Shown here: positions 38,173 to 51,325 of the stretch, one piece after another
Numbering within the stretch: position 1 is the stretch's first letter
How the letters are laid out: each line of letters begins with the position of its first letter
Made by a program: the position numbers and the translations under genes
From: Carcharhinus amblyrhynchos
Lineage: Eukaryota
Direction: 5' to 3'
NCBI GenBank assembly: GCA_965287045.1
Contig: OZ336882.1
Location: 40,300,001-40,364,000, forward strand
DNA: 64,000 nt
The notes under the pieces: model-generated
Told to the model about the DNA's origin: nothing
Database searches by the model: none
The model's input: only the letters and a program-made list of their open reading frames with translations

Positions 38173-40077
38173 CCCTTGAGTCAACCTCAAGGCTGCTAAG
38201 TTCACAGTTGTAGTGCCTTTTGGCAATGAGTGCCCCTGCTATTTTGGTAAGGGAGTTGGACCATTCTCTAGGAACATCTGCTGAGGGTAGGCATATTTTG
38301 CCATCAAGCACCATGTGACACTAATGTCAGCATTGCCATTTTGGAGCTCAGTCCTACAGTTAATGTCATTGCTTCAATAACACAGCTGAAAACCTGCACA
38401 ACTGACACTGCTTAAAGGGAACAGTAACTTGCTGGTCTGTTGCTGGTTGTTTTCTGTTAGTCCTTGCTGTAGATATGCATTTTACTTGCAGAGTTTTTAA
38501 AATTGTGACTGACCATCACCATGACTGCTTGGTGATGATGCTGAATAAAGGCCACTACAAATTAAACATTGCAAACTAAATTTATAAATGAACTGTGCCA
38601 CACTGCATACAAACACCAACTGATCATCCCTGTATGTTCACCCATGCCTTTTCCGAGTGTACTTTCGCCTGTTCTAGTGCTCCTACACAATGCTATCACA
38701 GTGGCTGCCACTGGTTGTTGAAGGCTGCCTGCTTTCAGTCGGGGAGATTGCAGATGGTCTTGCAGGTAACCTAGAGCACTAGAAGCCCAGCATCAGAATG
38801 CACCATAACACCATGGGCAGGAGCCACCTCAGCTGATTGGCTACCAGATGGTAGCAGGGGTACTGGCAGAGGTGGGAGAATGAACTCTAACATCCAGATA
38901 AAGGACAGCAGGTTTAAGCTCTGGAACTGCTGCCACTCCCTGTGCAGTTGGCACCTGAGCAATCCTAGATATCTATTGGGGGATCAATAAGTGGACTACG
39001 TGCTCTTCCGAGTGCTGGTATCTGCAGCTACGATGGCAGCGGTTCAAATTTACATGGCACCCCAAGTTGAGCTTGCAATACAGTAATCTCAGCTCTCAAT
39101 GCAGCACATTGATATTTGGGTGATTTCTGTTTGTGTTGCATTGGAAGCTGATAACAACATCAACGATCAGTTGCTGCATTGGTATGGTGCACAAATTTTC
39201 TTAGAATTGACCACCACTTTCACTTTGCAGAGGATGTGCTCCAGTTTCTGCATAAGCCACTGTGCCAAGTTAGTGCTGGGCATTTCCCTGCTTCTTGTCA
39301 TTGAGTGCAGGATTTCTGTGAAGCCTGTCAATGCATCATTGTATTTAACCATAAATCTTCCTATGCTGGTTGCCCCATCAAAATCCTCATCACTATCATT
39401 TCTTGTCCTGGTTGCAGGTCTTGTGTCACCATGTGTAGATTCCACCTCTAAACTATCCTCTAAAGTATTAGAAATGTCATGTCAGTATCTGAACTGGTAG
39501 CTGCCAGTGTGAGTGTGTGTGATGGTGTTTCTTCCTCATTGCCTTTTTATTTCTCTTCCACGCTGCCTGGCCAGATCGCAGTTCTTGAGCATATGAAAGG
39601 CAAAAGGGTAGTGTTATGGTGAGTTTAGTAAAGGAAAGCAGCTTTGTAAATGAAGAGATTTGAGGGTTGAGGTGGAAGTAGGATGTGAGGATTAACGATG
39701 AGTACCATGTCATCTTCGATTGGTTTCAGCTTGATCATGGCCATTGTCATTTCTGCTCCAATGATATAGTGACCATTGTCTCTACAATAAGAGTAAGGAC
39801 AAGCAGTCTATCGTCCTTTGGTTGTGCATCACTTTGCCCTGCAAGAGAGAGAGAGAGAGAGACATGTCGGTGAGCGTGGTGCAATATGGATGATACAGCT
39901 GTCAGTGTTGACCAGCTGGCAGAAGCTGAGTCTGAGAGATACGGTTGTGGGGTTTGCAATATTGCTATGAACGTGAGGGCGAAGAGCAGCAATGAGTTAC
40001 CATGGGTAGATGAGTGATGACACAGTGAGAATTGTGAGAGCTTTGTGGTGCAATTGGTATGATACAAGATTTGAAAA

Positions 40078-40372
40078 TAGAACAGTGCAGAAGGTTGTCA
40101 TTCGGCCCATCGGGCCTGTACCAACAACAATCGCACCGAGACCTTATACCCATAAGCCCACACATTTATCCTGCTGATGCCCCTGACACTAAGGACAACT
40201 TAGCATGGCCAATCAACCTAACTGCATATCTTTGGAGGAAACTGGAGCACCCAGAGGAAACCCACACACACATACACAGGGAGAATGTGCTGACTCTACA
40301 AAGATAGTGACCCGTGGCCTGAATTGAACCTGGGTCCCTGGTGCTGTGAGCAGCAATGCTAACCATTATGCC
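40078..40372 (-). mobile_element. V-SINE (HE1-like)
   Basis: gaattgaacctgggtccctggtgctgtgagcagcaatgctaacca head; same family. Confidence 0.8.
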
Positions 40373-41109
40373 TGACCTTTAACCAACCATTTAGTGTAAT
40401 TAAACCTTCACAGCTCTGTATCCATGTCTTTGGGACTGGTCATCTGGCATTGACCTGTATGCTTTCTGATCCTGCTGCCCTTCCAAAGTTTATGTAGAAA
40501 CTCGCACCATTGCAGAGTGCGAGTCTTGTCATTTCTTGTGTCTTTTTAGGTGACAGTCAGCTACAGAATGATTTCTGCAACCACTCAGTTATAATACATT
40601 TACCCCTTCAGATACAGATTGAATTTAGATGTTGCAAGCTAGCTTGAACTCCTGCTCACCACTCTCAATCTTGTGCCAACTTTGCACTGGCTGCACACTA
40701 TAATTATTTAAATTTGTATACTTTTAGCATTGAAAGCAATGGGTTGCTATCACTCTTCCTGCACTTCTTTTTAGGGATTGTTGAATTTTGTGTTCCGAAG
40801 TACCATTCCATCAAGGATAATTTTGGAAATTGGCACACCATTCCCCTGACAGCCAAGACTGGAATTTGTTTTTTGAAATTAGCCTGGGTGAATATCCCAA
40901 GTCTGACTGTTGGTTATCTTCTGATATTTTGGATCCTGCTGTGATTGTGATCTTTTCAACAAGATTTCTCCAGGGACAATTCAAAATTTTCATTATTAAC
41001 GTGCTTGCCAAGCTCAGTAGTGGTCGTCTCACGTCCGAGCAAATAATTTATGCATTCAAGCTCTATTCCAGTGATAGGAACAGGACGTTTTAGTTGACGT
41101 TTCTGTTTC

Positions 41110-41420
41110 AGTACTGAGAAAGCACTGCATTGCTGGAGTTGTTGTCTTTCAAATGAGACAGGCTCCAGTTATCTGTCCAGCTTACTATCATCGTTATTAA
41201 ACAAATTCCTGATGACCCGACCGAATTTATCCCTCAACCCAACACTACCAGAACTTATTCATTTAATCTGTTATCCCCAACATTATCTTTGGGACGTAAT
41301 ACTTTGGTTGCTTCGTTTTTCTGCCTAAAAGTGAATACGCTTCAAAAATTAATTAATTGACTGCAAAGCACTTTAGGAAACCTAAAGGATAAGATGAGTC
41401 ATTTCTAAATACAATTGCTT
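41110..41420 (+). mobile_element. DeuSINE-like remnant
   Basis: Similar to 62340-62680 (gtctttcaaatgag...gcaaagcactttagga). Confidence 0.45.
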
Positions 41421-41644
41421 TCTAATAGCAAGGTCTTAAAAGTTGTATTAAAGATGTACTCTAACTGCAGGGAATGTTAATTTGTGAACTAAAATCTTTC
41501 ACAGTAGAATTATGACAAATACAATAGAACTTGAAATGCATTTAACATTTACATTCTCGTTCTCTCTAGGTTCCTACTGCAGGAGGAATACTTGAACTGC
41601 TTTTAGCCATGCTTAATACTAGCCACAAAACACCAACTTCTAAG

Positions 41645-41939
41645 TTTTTTATTTATTAGTGTCACAAATAGGCTTACATTAACACGGCAATGAAGTTACC
41701 TTGAAAATCCCCTGGTTGCCACACTCTGGCGCCTGTTTGGGTACACTGAGGGAGAATTTAGCATGGCCAATGCACCTAATCAGCATGTCTTTCGACTGTC
41801 GGACGAAACTGGAGCACCAGAAGGAAATCCACGCAGGCACGGGGAGAACATGCAGACTCGCACAGACAGTGACCCAAACTGGGAATCGAACCCGGGTCCC
41901 TGGCACTGTGAGGCAGCAGTGCTAGCCACCGTGCCACCC
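41645..41939 (-). mobile_element. V-SINE, type B tail
   Basis: Well-preserved head (ggaatcgaacccggg...gtgctagccaccgtgccaccc) and tail tttatttattagtgtcacaa. Confidence 0.85.
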
Positions 41940-42066
41940 ATAAAAATAAATTTGGTTGCATTGTGACTGAACAAAGCTATGCGAAGCAACTCAGCTTGTG
42001 CCAAAAAAGATATTTCCACTAAGCATGCCATAAGCCTGGACTCCACAGACACTGGGTAACTGCATT

Positions 42067-42142
42067 TGGCCAATACGGGGATTGAACCTATGACCTTGGT
42101 GTTAATAGCACCACGCGCTAACCAATCTGTATTTATACAGCC
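42067..42142 (-). pseudogene. tRNA-Ile(AAT)-derived pseudogene or SINE head
   Basis: Minus strand cagattggttagcgcgtggtgctattaacaccaaggtcataggttcaatccccgtattggcca matches vertebrate tRNA-Ile(AAT) with the anticodon changed to ATT and a damaged 5' end. Confidence 0.7.
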
Positions 42143-42511
42143 TTTAATGTGGTAACATATATCCCAAGGCACTTCAGGGGAACATTATAAAACAACTTTT
42201 GGCATTTGAGGTGCACAAATTATATTGGGGCAAGGTCAAACAACCAAAACCTTGGTCAAAGAGCTTCATTTTGAGGAATGCCTTAAAAGGAGGAAGAGAG
42301 GTTTAGGAAGGGAAATCCTTAGATTAGGACCTTGAAAGCTCATATGTGCCAATGATAGAGTGATTTACATTTGACAATATCAGATGGCTAGAATAGGAGG
42401 CATGTAAATATTGGAGTTCTGCAGGACTGGAGATGAGGAGGAGGGGAGTGCACGTGGTGATATGTTTGAGGCTTTGAAAATTTTAAATCTTCAATTTAAA
42501 TTTTAAATAAC

Positions 42512-42735
42512 ATTACAGTGAAGTTACTGTGAAAATCCCCCCAGTCACCATACTCTGGTGCCTGTTTGTATATAACGACGGAGAATTTAGCATGGTCAAT
42601 GCACCTAACCAGTGTGTCTTTTGGATTGTGGGAGGAAACTGGAGCACCCAGAAGAAACCTATGCAGACACAGGTAGAACGTACAGACTCCGCATAGTCAC
42701 GCAAAGCTGGGAATCAAACCCGGGTCCCTGGTACA
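42512..42735 (-). mobile_element. V-SINE type B, partial, nested in L2-like remnant
   Basis: Aligns by eye to 41680-41905. Confidence 0.75.
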
Positions 42736-44181
42736 GCATAGGTGATTGGCCAGAAGCATAGATTGGAATAGTTAAGTCTAGTGGTAGCACAAGCATGGAC
42801 AAGGGTTTCTACAACCGTTGAGCTGGGGAGCTGAGGTGGAATCAAATGCTGTTACAAAGGGAGAAGTGGGTGGTCATGGTGATTGTACAGATTTGATTTT
42901 GGAAACTCATCCCAGCCAAGTATGACTCCATGGCTGCGGACAGTCTGATTCAGCCTCAGACAGCCATGGGTAAGAGGGATGGAATAGATGACTAGGAAAC
43001 AGAGTTTGTGGTGATGACTAAGAACAGTGACTTTGGTCTTCTTGATATTTAGTTGGAGGGAATATCTGCTCACCCTGTACTTGGATGTCTGTCAAGCTAT
43101 GAGACAGTGAAGGGGTCATGTAAAGTAGAGCTGGGGTCTACCTGACCCTTTTACTGTTTCGAAAGTTAATAGACATAAGTGCATCAAAGGTGGGAATGAG
43201 TGTGAGTGCTGTTGAATAGACTGGTAGCTGCAGAAATGTTGTGAATGGAAAGTGAAAATATGTACTTTTCAGGAGGGTTGAGGAGTCGATATTGAAGGAA
43301 AATCTTAGTAAGTTCTAATGAATGTTCAGCTGCTGATTAATTTCATGCACTTTACATTTTATTTTGAAGCATATTAGTATTGGAATTACCTGTCTATCAT
43401 AACAGATGACTTCTTGTTTATTTGGTAGGCTGTTAAAATAGCAGCTTAAAGTATGTCACACTCGATTGTTATGCAAACATTCCTGTCTCCAGTTTTATGA
43501 GAAAGCAATACTGGATTCCATTGAATCTCTGTTTGGACTTTCCACTGATCTTAATGTTCTTTAGTTATAACTTTTAACTGATCTAATTAATTGATACTGA
43601 TACATGCTAGTTGAAGAAAAAGCCATTTTCCATGTTACTGGTATAATTTTGGTGCTTGGAGGCATGATTAATGGATGACACTCGAGCTAACACTAACTGT
43701 AATCTGAATGTGATACTAAGGTTGACAAGGAAGGCAAGCCTCAAACCACAAGCTTTTAGATTTAGGGAAAGTGACTTCAGAGAATGATGCAGAAATTGAC
43801 CACAGAAAATAGAGGAATCTCTGATTGTTTAAACTATAGTGGGAGGTGTCTAAAGAAATGTTAGATACAATGCATGTCATGTACATACCTTAAAAGGGCC
43901 AGAGTTCTCCTTGTGTAATTAAACAACCTCTATCAATCATAGAGGTGGGAAATAGTACAAGACTAAAAGAAAGGGCTTACACAAATGCAAAGAGTAATCT
44001 AGGCCACTTCAATTGGGATAACACTGAAAAACAGCAAAGTAATACAAACAAAGCAGTATTGGTTGCTGGTTAAACATTACAGTGTTGGCCAGAGCACTTT
44101 TGCTCATCTTATAGTTCTACTGAATCTTTTATGCCCATCCACAGGAATCTTGGCTTATTCATAAAACAGCATCTTTATAAG

Positions 44182-45424
44182 TTACTAACCTTACTAACCT
44201 TATTGAGTTTTTTGAGAAAGTGACCAAAGAGGTGGATGGGGGTAAGGCAGTGGACGTGGTGTATATGGATTTTAGTAAGGCGTTTGATAAGGTTCACCAT
44301 GGTAGGCTTCTGCAGAAAATGCAGATGTATGGGATTGGGGGAGATCTAGGGAATTGGATCAGGAATTGGCTAGCGGATAGGAGACAGAGGGTGGTGGTTG
44401 ATGGTAAATATTCATCATGGAGTTCGGTTACAAGTGGTGTGCCTCAGGGATCTGTTTTGGGGCCACTGCTGTTTGTAATTTTTATTAATGATCTGGATGA
44501 GGGTATAGTTGGGTGGATTAGTAAATTTGCTGATGACACCAAAGTCGGAGGTGTGGTAGATAGTGAGGAAGGGTGTCGTAGTTTGCAGGAAGACTTAGAC
44601 AGGTTGCAGAGCTGGGCCGAGAGGTGGCGGATGGAGTTTAATACGGAGAAGTGTGAGGTAATTCACTTTGATAGGAATAACAGATGTGTCGAGTATAGGG
44701 CTAACGGGAGGACTTTGAATAGTGTGGATGAGCAGAGGGATCTAGGTGTATGTGTACATAGATCCCTGAAAGTTGGGAATCAAGTAGATAAGGTTGTTAA
44801 GAAGGCATACGGTGTCTTGGCGTTTATTGGTAGGGGGATTGAATTTAGGAGTCGCAGCGTCATGTTGCAACTGTACACGACTCTGGTGCGGCCGCACTTG
44901 GAGTACTGTGTGCAGTTCTGGTCCCTACATTACAGGAAGGATGTGGAGGCTTTGGAGAGGGTGCAGAGGAGGTTTACCAGGATGTTGCCTGGTATGGAGG
45001 GGAGGTCCTATGAGGAGAGGCTGAGGGATTTGGGGTTGTTTTTGCTGGAAAGAAGGCGGCTAAGAGGGGATCTTATTGAAACATATAAGATGATTAGAGG
45101 TTTAGATAGGGTGGATAGTAATAGCCTTTTTCCTCTGATGGAGAAATCTAGCATGAGGGGGCATGGCTTTAAATTAAGGGGGGGTAGTTATAGGACGGAT
45201 GTCAGGGGTAGGTTCGTTACCCAGAGGGTGGTGAGGGATTGGAATGCCCTGCCTGCTGCAGTTGTAAATGCGCCTAGTTTGGGGGCGTTTAAGAGATCCG
45301 TGGATAGGTTTATGGACGAAAAGGGATTGGTTTAGGTTAGTGGGTCATTGTTTTGTAACTGGTCGGCGCAACATCGTGGGCCGAAGGGCCTGTTCTGCGC
45401 TGTAATGTTCTATGTTCTATGTTC
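44182..45424 (+). mobile_element. Young 5'-truncated CR1 LINE; open reverse-transcriptase ORF2 C-terminal part (44220-45335)
   Basis: 371-aa ORF with DFSKAFDKV, SGVPQGSVLGPLLF, KFADDTK; short 3' UTR and (tatgttc)n tail ending at 45424. Confidence 0.95.
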
Positions 45425-45489
45425 TTCAGTACTGATTCTTCAGCCTCGATTCTGTGATTGTAGAGTGGGGATTGAGCTCACAACCTTCT

Positions 45490-45558
45490 AAAATTTATTT
45501 ATTAGTGTCACAAGTAGGCTTGCATTAACACTACAATGAAGTTGCTGTGAAAATTTCC
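45490..45558 (-). mobile_element. Type B SINE tail-only insertion
   Basis: tttatttattagtgtcacaagtaggcttgcattaacac... matches 41648-41710. Confidence 0.7.
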
Positions 45559-46210
45559 AGGTAAGAGTGCTACCAGTGAGCCAAACCTCCCCGCAAAAGT
45601 TCTACTTAACATTGCAAATTTAACATTTCTGCAATCTTGGAGTGCTGGAGTAGATTGGCTCATTTAGAAAGTTCACTGCTAATTTTGTCTTCCTCCTTCT
45701 ATGACACATATTTAAAAGTATTGAGATGTGGTTTGTGTGAAATGCGAGTGTTGAAAAGTCTGTCTACAAGTGATTTGCAACAGACCATTGTTTAGAACCA
45801 ACATCACAGTTTCCATGATTGTTCAGCTGTGTTGTGATACTGATTTCCTTCAGGCTATCAAGAAAATGAACATGGGTTTAAATTCATTATGGCATTTTAG
45901 ATTTATTTAATTAGCTAACCAACATTCTGTGGTATATCAGTCAGATATCCTGTATTTTATTCACATTATTCATCCAAGAATCTAAAAGTTATGAGTTCAA
46001 GGCCTATCTGAGGGAAAATAGTCCTCATTCCTTGGTTTTGATGAAATATTGAAGTACAGTTCACTTCTGCCAACCCTGATGTGAGAAAAGTTTTTAATGA
46101 TGCATATGACAGGACATTGCACTGTGTTATTACATCCTCTAGTGTGTAATTTTCTAATGAACTTTAGTGCAGCATGTGTTTCAACACTTCTTTTTGGCTT
46201 CTTTCCCCAG

Positions 46211-46244
46211 AGTTGTTCGTTCCTCAGGAGGTGGTGATGAGAAG
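46211..46244 (+). CDS. PDLIM7: PDLIM7 small coding exon (34 nt, phase 2->0), (K)VVRSSGGGDEK
   Basis: Strong acceptor ttctttttggcttctttccccag|, donor aag|gtacag; phases exactly bridge the PDZ exon and the next exon; position matches the short post-PDZ exon (AQPVQSKPQK) of mammalian PDLIM7. Confidence 0.8.
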
Positions 46245-49200
46245 GTACAGTGGATAGCTACTTTTTTATGGAGTGTTAACATTGTGCAGATTTATGCTTA
46301 AAAATAACAACATAAGGTAGACTGTGCCAAGTATTTTTTTTGACTCCATAACTTCAATGTAACTGTCATTTGGTAGCATTTTCCACAAAGAAACTTCTGT
46401 TTCAGTCACATGCAAATAACATTCTGTCTCCATTGAAGATGGATTATAACAGGTATGGTGAGACTATATTACCTCAATTATTGACTTGATTCATTTCTAA
46501 CTTTTCTCTTGGAAGTCTTGGATGTACACCGCAGCAGCAATTAGTCAATACCAAAGGGTGCAGAGTTCAGCCTTGTTTAATCGTGCATGCTTGTGTGCCT
46601 ATTAAGATCAAGTAAATCACATTGCTTTGTGTTGTAATTATTGACTTAATGATGAGATTGCCACTTTGTGAAGTGCATTGAAACTATGGAAACCACCTAA
46701 TAATCTGTGATTGCTAATATATGGTTAACTAGCATTCGTAACACTCTTACGCTTTGCTCACCGTTTAGTTTTGCTTTGGATGGTTAAGTTTCTGTCCCAT
46801 TTTATTCAGACTTTAAATCTGAAACTGGAATAAGTACAAATCCCTCCTGCTGGAGCAAACTGCCCCAATTTTACCTGATTATTTCTGCACCACTCTACTT
46901 GCTTGCAGCTATTTTTTTTCATCCTGTTCACTGTTTTAAAAAAAGCCAGTACTCCTGCCTTTTGAGAGCGCCGTTGTTCTACATTCTCCCACCACCGTTA
47001 TATTAAATATAAGCCAAAATCCTGCTGCGCAGTTGGACAACCCTTTAAATTTAAAAAGTTCAGATTACGCCCAAAATATTCAATTTGGCGAAGATCCACT
47101 GTGAAGTTTAAACTTCAGTGCAGATTTTGTGTCCTAGCTCTGTAAAGGAATTGTACAATTTTTGGGGGGAGGTGGAGCAAGAGGGTGTAGTGAGGGGGCA
47201 TGGTGAGGAGTTAAAGGAGGAAACACAATTAAAGTTTTGCTACTTCTGAGTCCCATTCACTTGGTTGAAAACTTATTTCAGTTGTTTACATATCAAAATA
47301 AGGAATGGTTTCTCTGACAGCTCAAGCTATCAAAGTGTTAGTTTACATTTCTGGGTTTACACAGGCTGAAATTATTTGGCATCAATTATTTGGGGACAAT
47401 TAAAAAAGCACATATTGTGAAGATGCAGGAATAAATCCTTCCACTTCACTGCCACACACCCCTCCCCATGGAAGAGTTAAAATTGAAAGGGGCTTTACTC
47501 CATCTCACCCCGAATTACTGACTGCAATATTAAATTGTAGGTGCCAAGGGTACTAAATCTATTTAATATAAAGCTGTCTGGCCTCTTCAGATATTCAGAT
47601 TGGACAATGGTGATGTTATCAGTGCCTGAGCTGCAACGCTAACAGAGGCCTGAGTAAGGACACGGGATATAGTAATGGCTTCCCCACTGGGAACAGCAGG
47701 AGGACCCAACTTTTTTTTTAACTTTCCATCTGGAGCTTGGGTAGCAAGAGTGCTCTTCCAGGCATAACAAGGAGACCTTGGCCTCCCCCACCCCCTTCAG
47801 GTAGGAATCATTCCTGTATGTCCCTGGAGCAGCCTACTCCCACCTAATATTAACAGTTAAGTGAGCACTTTCCACTCCCTTTCTTGCACTTTTTTGATCT
47901 GAAGTTGGCAAACGGCATATTAATGAGGCCTGACGGACCAAGCCTGCCTGCTGCCACTCCATAAGCACTCTTTGCCATGATCCTAACTAGGAGTTAAAAT
48001 TAAGGTCAATGTTTTTTTTCATTTCTGAAGAGCTTGCATAATAACACATTCTGCATGTATTTACAATCGAATCATTTGTGGTGTTGAAATTTTGTACTTG
48101 AGGAAATAGCTCTTCCAACTTGGACTGGCTGAGGGGCGATATTACTGAGCAATTGTTTGGCCCTTTGATAACCTCATTGCTGCCATATGCTCTTCTTGCA
48201 GTTGTATATGTTATTAGGCACAGGAGCAGAGGCATGTTAAAAATGTGTATAGTTTATAGTGGTGCCTCAGGATAACAGCACATCTGGCCTGTCAAACAAA
48301 TCTCACCGAATAATTGCGTATGTGTTGTTACAAAATGTGAGGGCCTGGAGCTGCTATGTGTCAGGATACACCACTATTGCCAAAAAGCCACCTGAAATGC
48401 TTGAAGCCATGTCCTGGACATGGCAACAAACCATATTCCATATTCATGCAAGTAGAAGAAACTCTTAGACCTGGATTTTCTCTTCCAAGGTAGGTGCACA
48501 GCGTCAGGGAATATCCTGCCTTGCTGCACCAACATCAAGAAAAGATATCCCAAATAATGAAATCTTGATCCCTGGGGGAGTGGCTGGGGATGTGTCGGCT
48601 GGATTCAGGCCTGCCACAAATGGAAACAGTTTAGAGGTAGCCATAGGGCTGCTGAATGACAGGGTGGCAAAGTTAAAAAGCCTGTTGTTGTGCTCCGGAA
48701 CTTTGACCCATTTGTGTGCTTGAGTAATAGACTGTCTAGTCCTCACCATTCACATACCACTCACGTGCCTCTCACACCATGTTCTCTCCACCAACCAAAT
48801 GGCTCCTCTTATCCTCCAAGGCAACCTATGCCCCCATTTAACCTATGACGCCTCATAGGACCAACGCATGCTTCCTTATCCACCAGCATTTTCCCTTGCA
48901 CTCTTCATGCAAACTCAACCAGTATTCACTATGGGCAGACCTCGGAGCAATGTTCAGGTGAAATAAAATAAAGTTCTAAGCATCAATTACACAATTCACT
49001 ATACATGTATAAAGGAAGACTCTCATTGATAAACTATTCAATACATTTAAATCCCCTTACATATTTAATAGGGACCCAGTAGTTTAAGTTAATAGATTCT
49101 CACCTGCCTCCTCACCCTTTCCCTGAGGTGAAGGCTGTGGCAAACCATCACTGGCAATAACTGCCAAGCAAAGCAACTTATGGTGAAGCATCAGCAGACA

Positions 49201-50104
49201 AAGGGCCAAGGAGCTGTCTTTGGGCAGAGGACTTCCTCATAAAACATATAGTTATATTCATAGCCTTGTATCAAAGTCAGCTAATTCCTTGATAATCTTA
49301 TGGAGCTGTTAATCAAACTGTGAAGTTGCAGCTCCTCCACTAATAATAGGTTTTGGAAGGGGCCAAGTAGTAATAATACTATATTGTCAAAAGTTATTGA
49401 AACTACAAGCACTGTTTCTCTTTCAACCCCCAGACACAAGGCTGTCTATCCCACCTGCCTTCCCCCCCCCCTCCCTGCCATTGTTTAAAGTACAGTGGAT
49501 TTAAGTAGCTCAACATTTTTTACAGCTGATAGCATTCAAGTCTACTCTTAATTTTTAAGCCCCATGTTGTGGGGAACCAGCTTCGATCCGGTGAAAATAA
49601 GGTTTGTTTGAAATCCGCAATAATTTCACCTAGTCCTTTTGGATTTGGGTTTCCCCATGTGTGAAACATGTCCCTATGTCCTGCCACTCTTTCCCCAGCT
49701 GACAAAAGTAGAAATTAGGGACGGATTTCCATGATGCACGGCCAAGGTTGTGTTGCAAGGCAGTCATTTAGACATCAGCAGACGGATGTTCTGCAATGCT
49801 TAGAGCTAAAGTGTTTCACCCAGTTGACTGGATAGCTAGTTCGTGATGCAGAGCAATGCCAGCAGCATGGATTCAATTCTGGTACCAAATAAGCTTATTC
49901 ATGGAGGCCCACCTTCTCAACCTTGCTTCTTGCCTGAAATGTGGTAATCCTCAAGTTAAATCCCCACCAGTCAGCCTAGTCATCTGGGTCCAGGGCAGCT
50001 TACCTTTTTACCTTAACTCTGTTGGTCAGTGACAGGAGTGGAATCTTAGCAAATTGAATGGAAACTAATACAATTAGGTCAAAGATGTATTTGTCGATAG
50101 CACT

Positions 50105-50420
50105 GAATCATAGAAGCCGTGCAGTACAGAAGGAAGCCATTCGACCCATCGAGCCTTCACCGACAACAATCGCATCTAGGCCCTATCCCCATAACCCCAC
50201 ATATTTGCCCTGCTAGTCCCCCTGACACTAAAGGGCAATTTAGCATGGCCAATCAACCTAACCCACACATCTTTGGAGTGTGGGAGGAAACCAAAGCACC
50301 TGGAGGAAACCCACACAGATGTGGAGAGAACATGCAAACCCCACGCAGACAATGATCTGACGCCAGAATTAAATCTGGGTCCTGGATGATGCGAGGCAGC
50401 AGTGCTAACCACTGTGCCAC
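50105..50420 (-). mobile_element. V-SINE (HE1-like)
   Basis: Full-length reverse copy of the 4241 family. Confidence 0.85.
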
Positions 50421-51084
50421 TCTTGAGACAGAAATAAAATAAGGAAAGGCCATATAATTGACACCTGACTAATAGCTTTACCAGTTGGAAAAGTACGTTT
50501 TCAGCCATTCATTTCTTGCTGCTGTTTCCTCCTTGGAGTGTCTCTTGTTGACTTTTCATTTGCATGACAAATTGTGGGGCATGCATTATGTTGGCTATAC
50601 TGTACTGTATTTTGATCGGTTTGAGCATCTAAAGCAATGTTGTTCAATTCCTATGGTACGTTTTGTGCTGAATCTGATCCCAATATCTCTGTACCTTGTG
50701 TGTCTGCATGGTTCACTAGATAGGTGTTATAGGCTAGTGTCTTGACTTCTTTGGAAACAATCTCCTTGATAGTTTAGACAATGGGAACATACCAGATTTG
50801 AATAAATGCATGATAGGTGCCTTTCCCTCTGTCCAGAGTATTTCTCATTAGAACACCAGATGTTAAAACTGGTCTTTGGCAGTACTTCAAAATGGTCAGT
50901 AGAAAAAGATCAGCATCATATGCTTTCTAGTTTTATTTTCCATGGTGAGGAAGGTGAAGTGGGATGTTAGACGTGTTGCTCGTTAATGGGGTAGATGTGC
51001 TGTCTGTAAATGGGGTGGGACGTAAGACTGTTGCCAATAAGTTACTCACCATTTTGCATTACCACTGAAAATTAATTACCAAAA

Positions 51085-51325
51085 AACATAGGAACAGAAT
51101 TAGGTCACTCGGCCCATTGAGTCTGCTCTGTTGTTCAATCATTGCTGATATTTTTCTCATTCCCATTCACCTGCCTTTTGCCTATAACCCTTCATCCCTT
51201 AATTAATCAAGAACCTATCTATCTCTGTTTTAAAGACACTCATTGACCTGGCCTCCACAGCCTTCTATGGCAAAGATTTCCACAGATTCACCACTGTCTG
51301 GCTGAAGAAATTCCTCCTCATCACT
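51085..51325 (-). mobile_element. CR1 3' end fragment
   Basis: aacataggaacagaattagg...cagattcaccactgtctggctgaagaaattcctcctcatc, reverse CR1 terminus. Confidence 0.7.

Noticed and set aside
41540-41640. Acceptor-like cattctcgttctctctag as an extra exon
   Set aside because: No convincing donor or frame-compatible coding sequence follows.
42067-42142. Functional tRNA gene
   Set aside because: 5' acceptor/D-arm region is damaged and the anticodon is mutated.
44220-45335. RT ORF as a host gene or novel retron-like system
   Set aside because: Ordinary 5'-truncated CR1 ORF2: no endonuclease, GTG pseudo-start, canonical tail.
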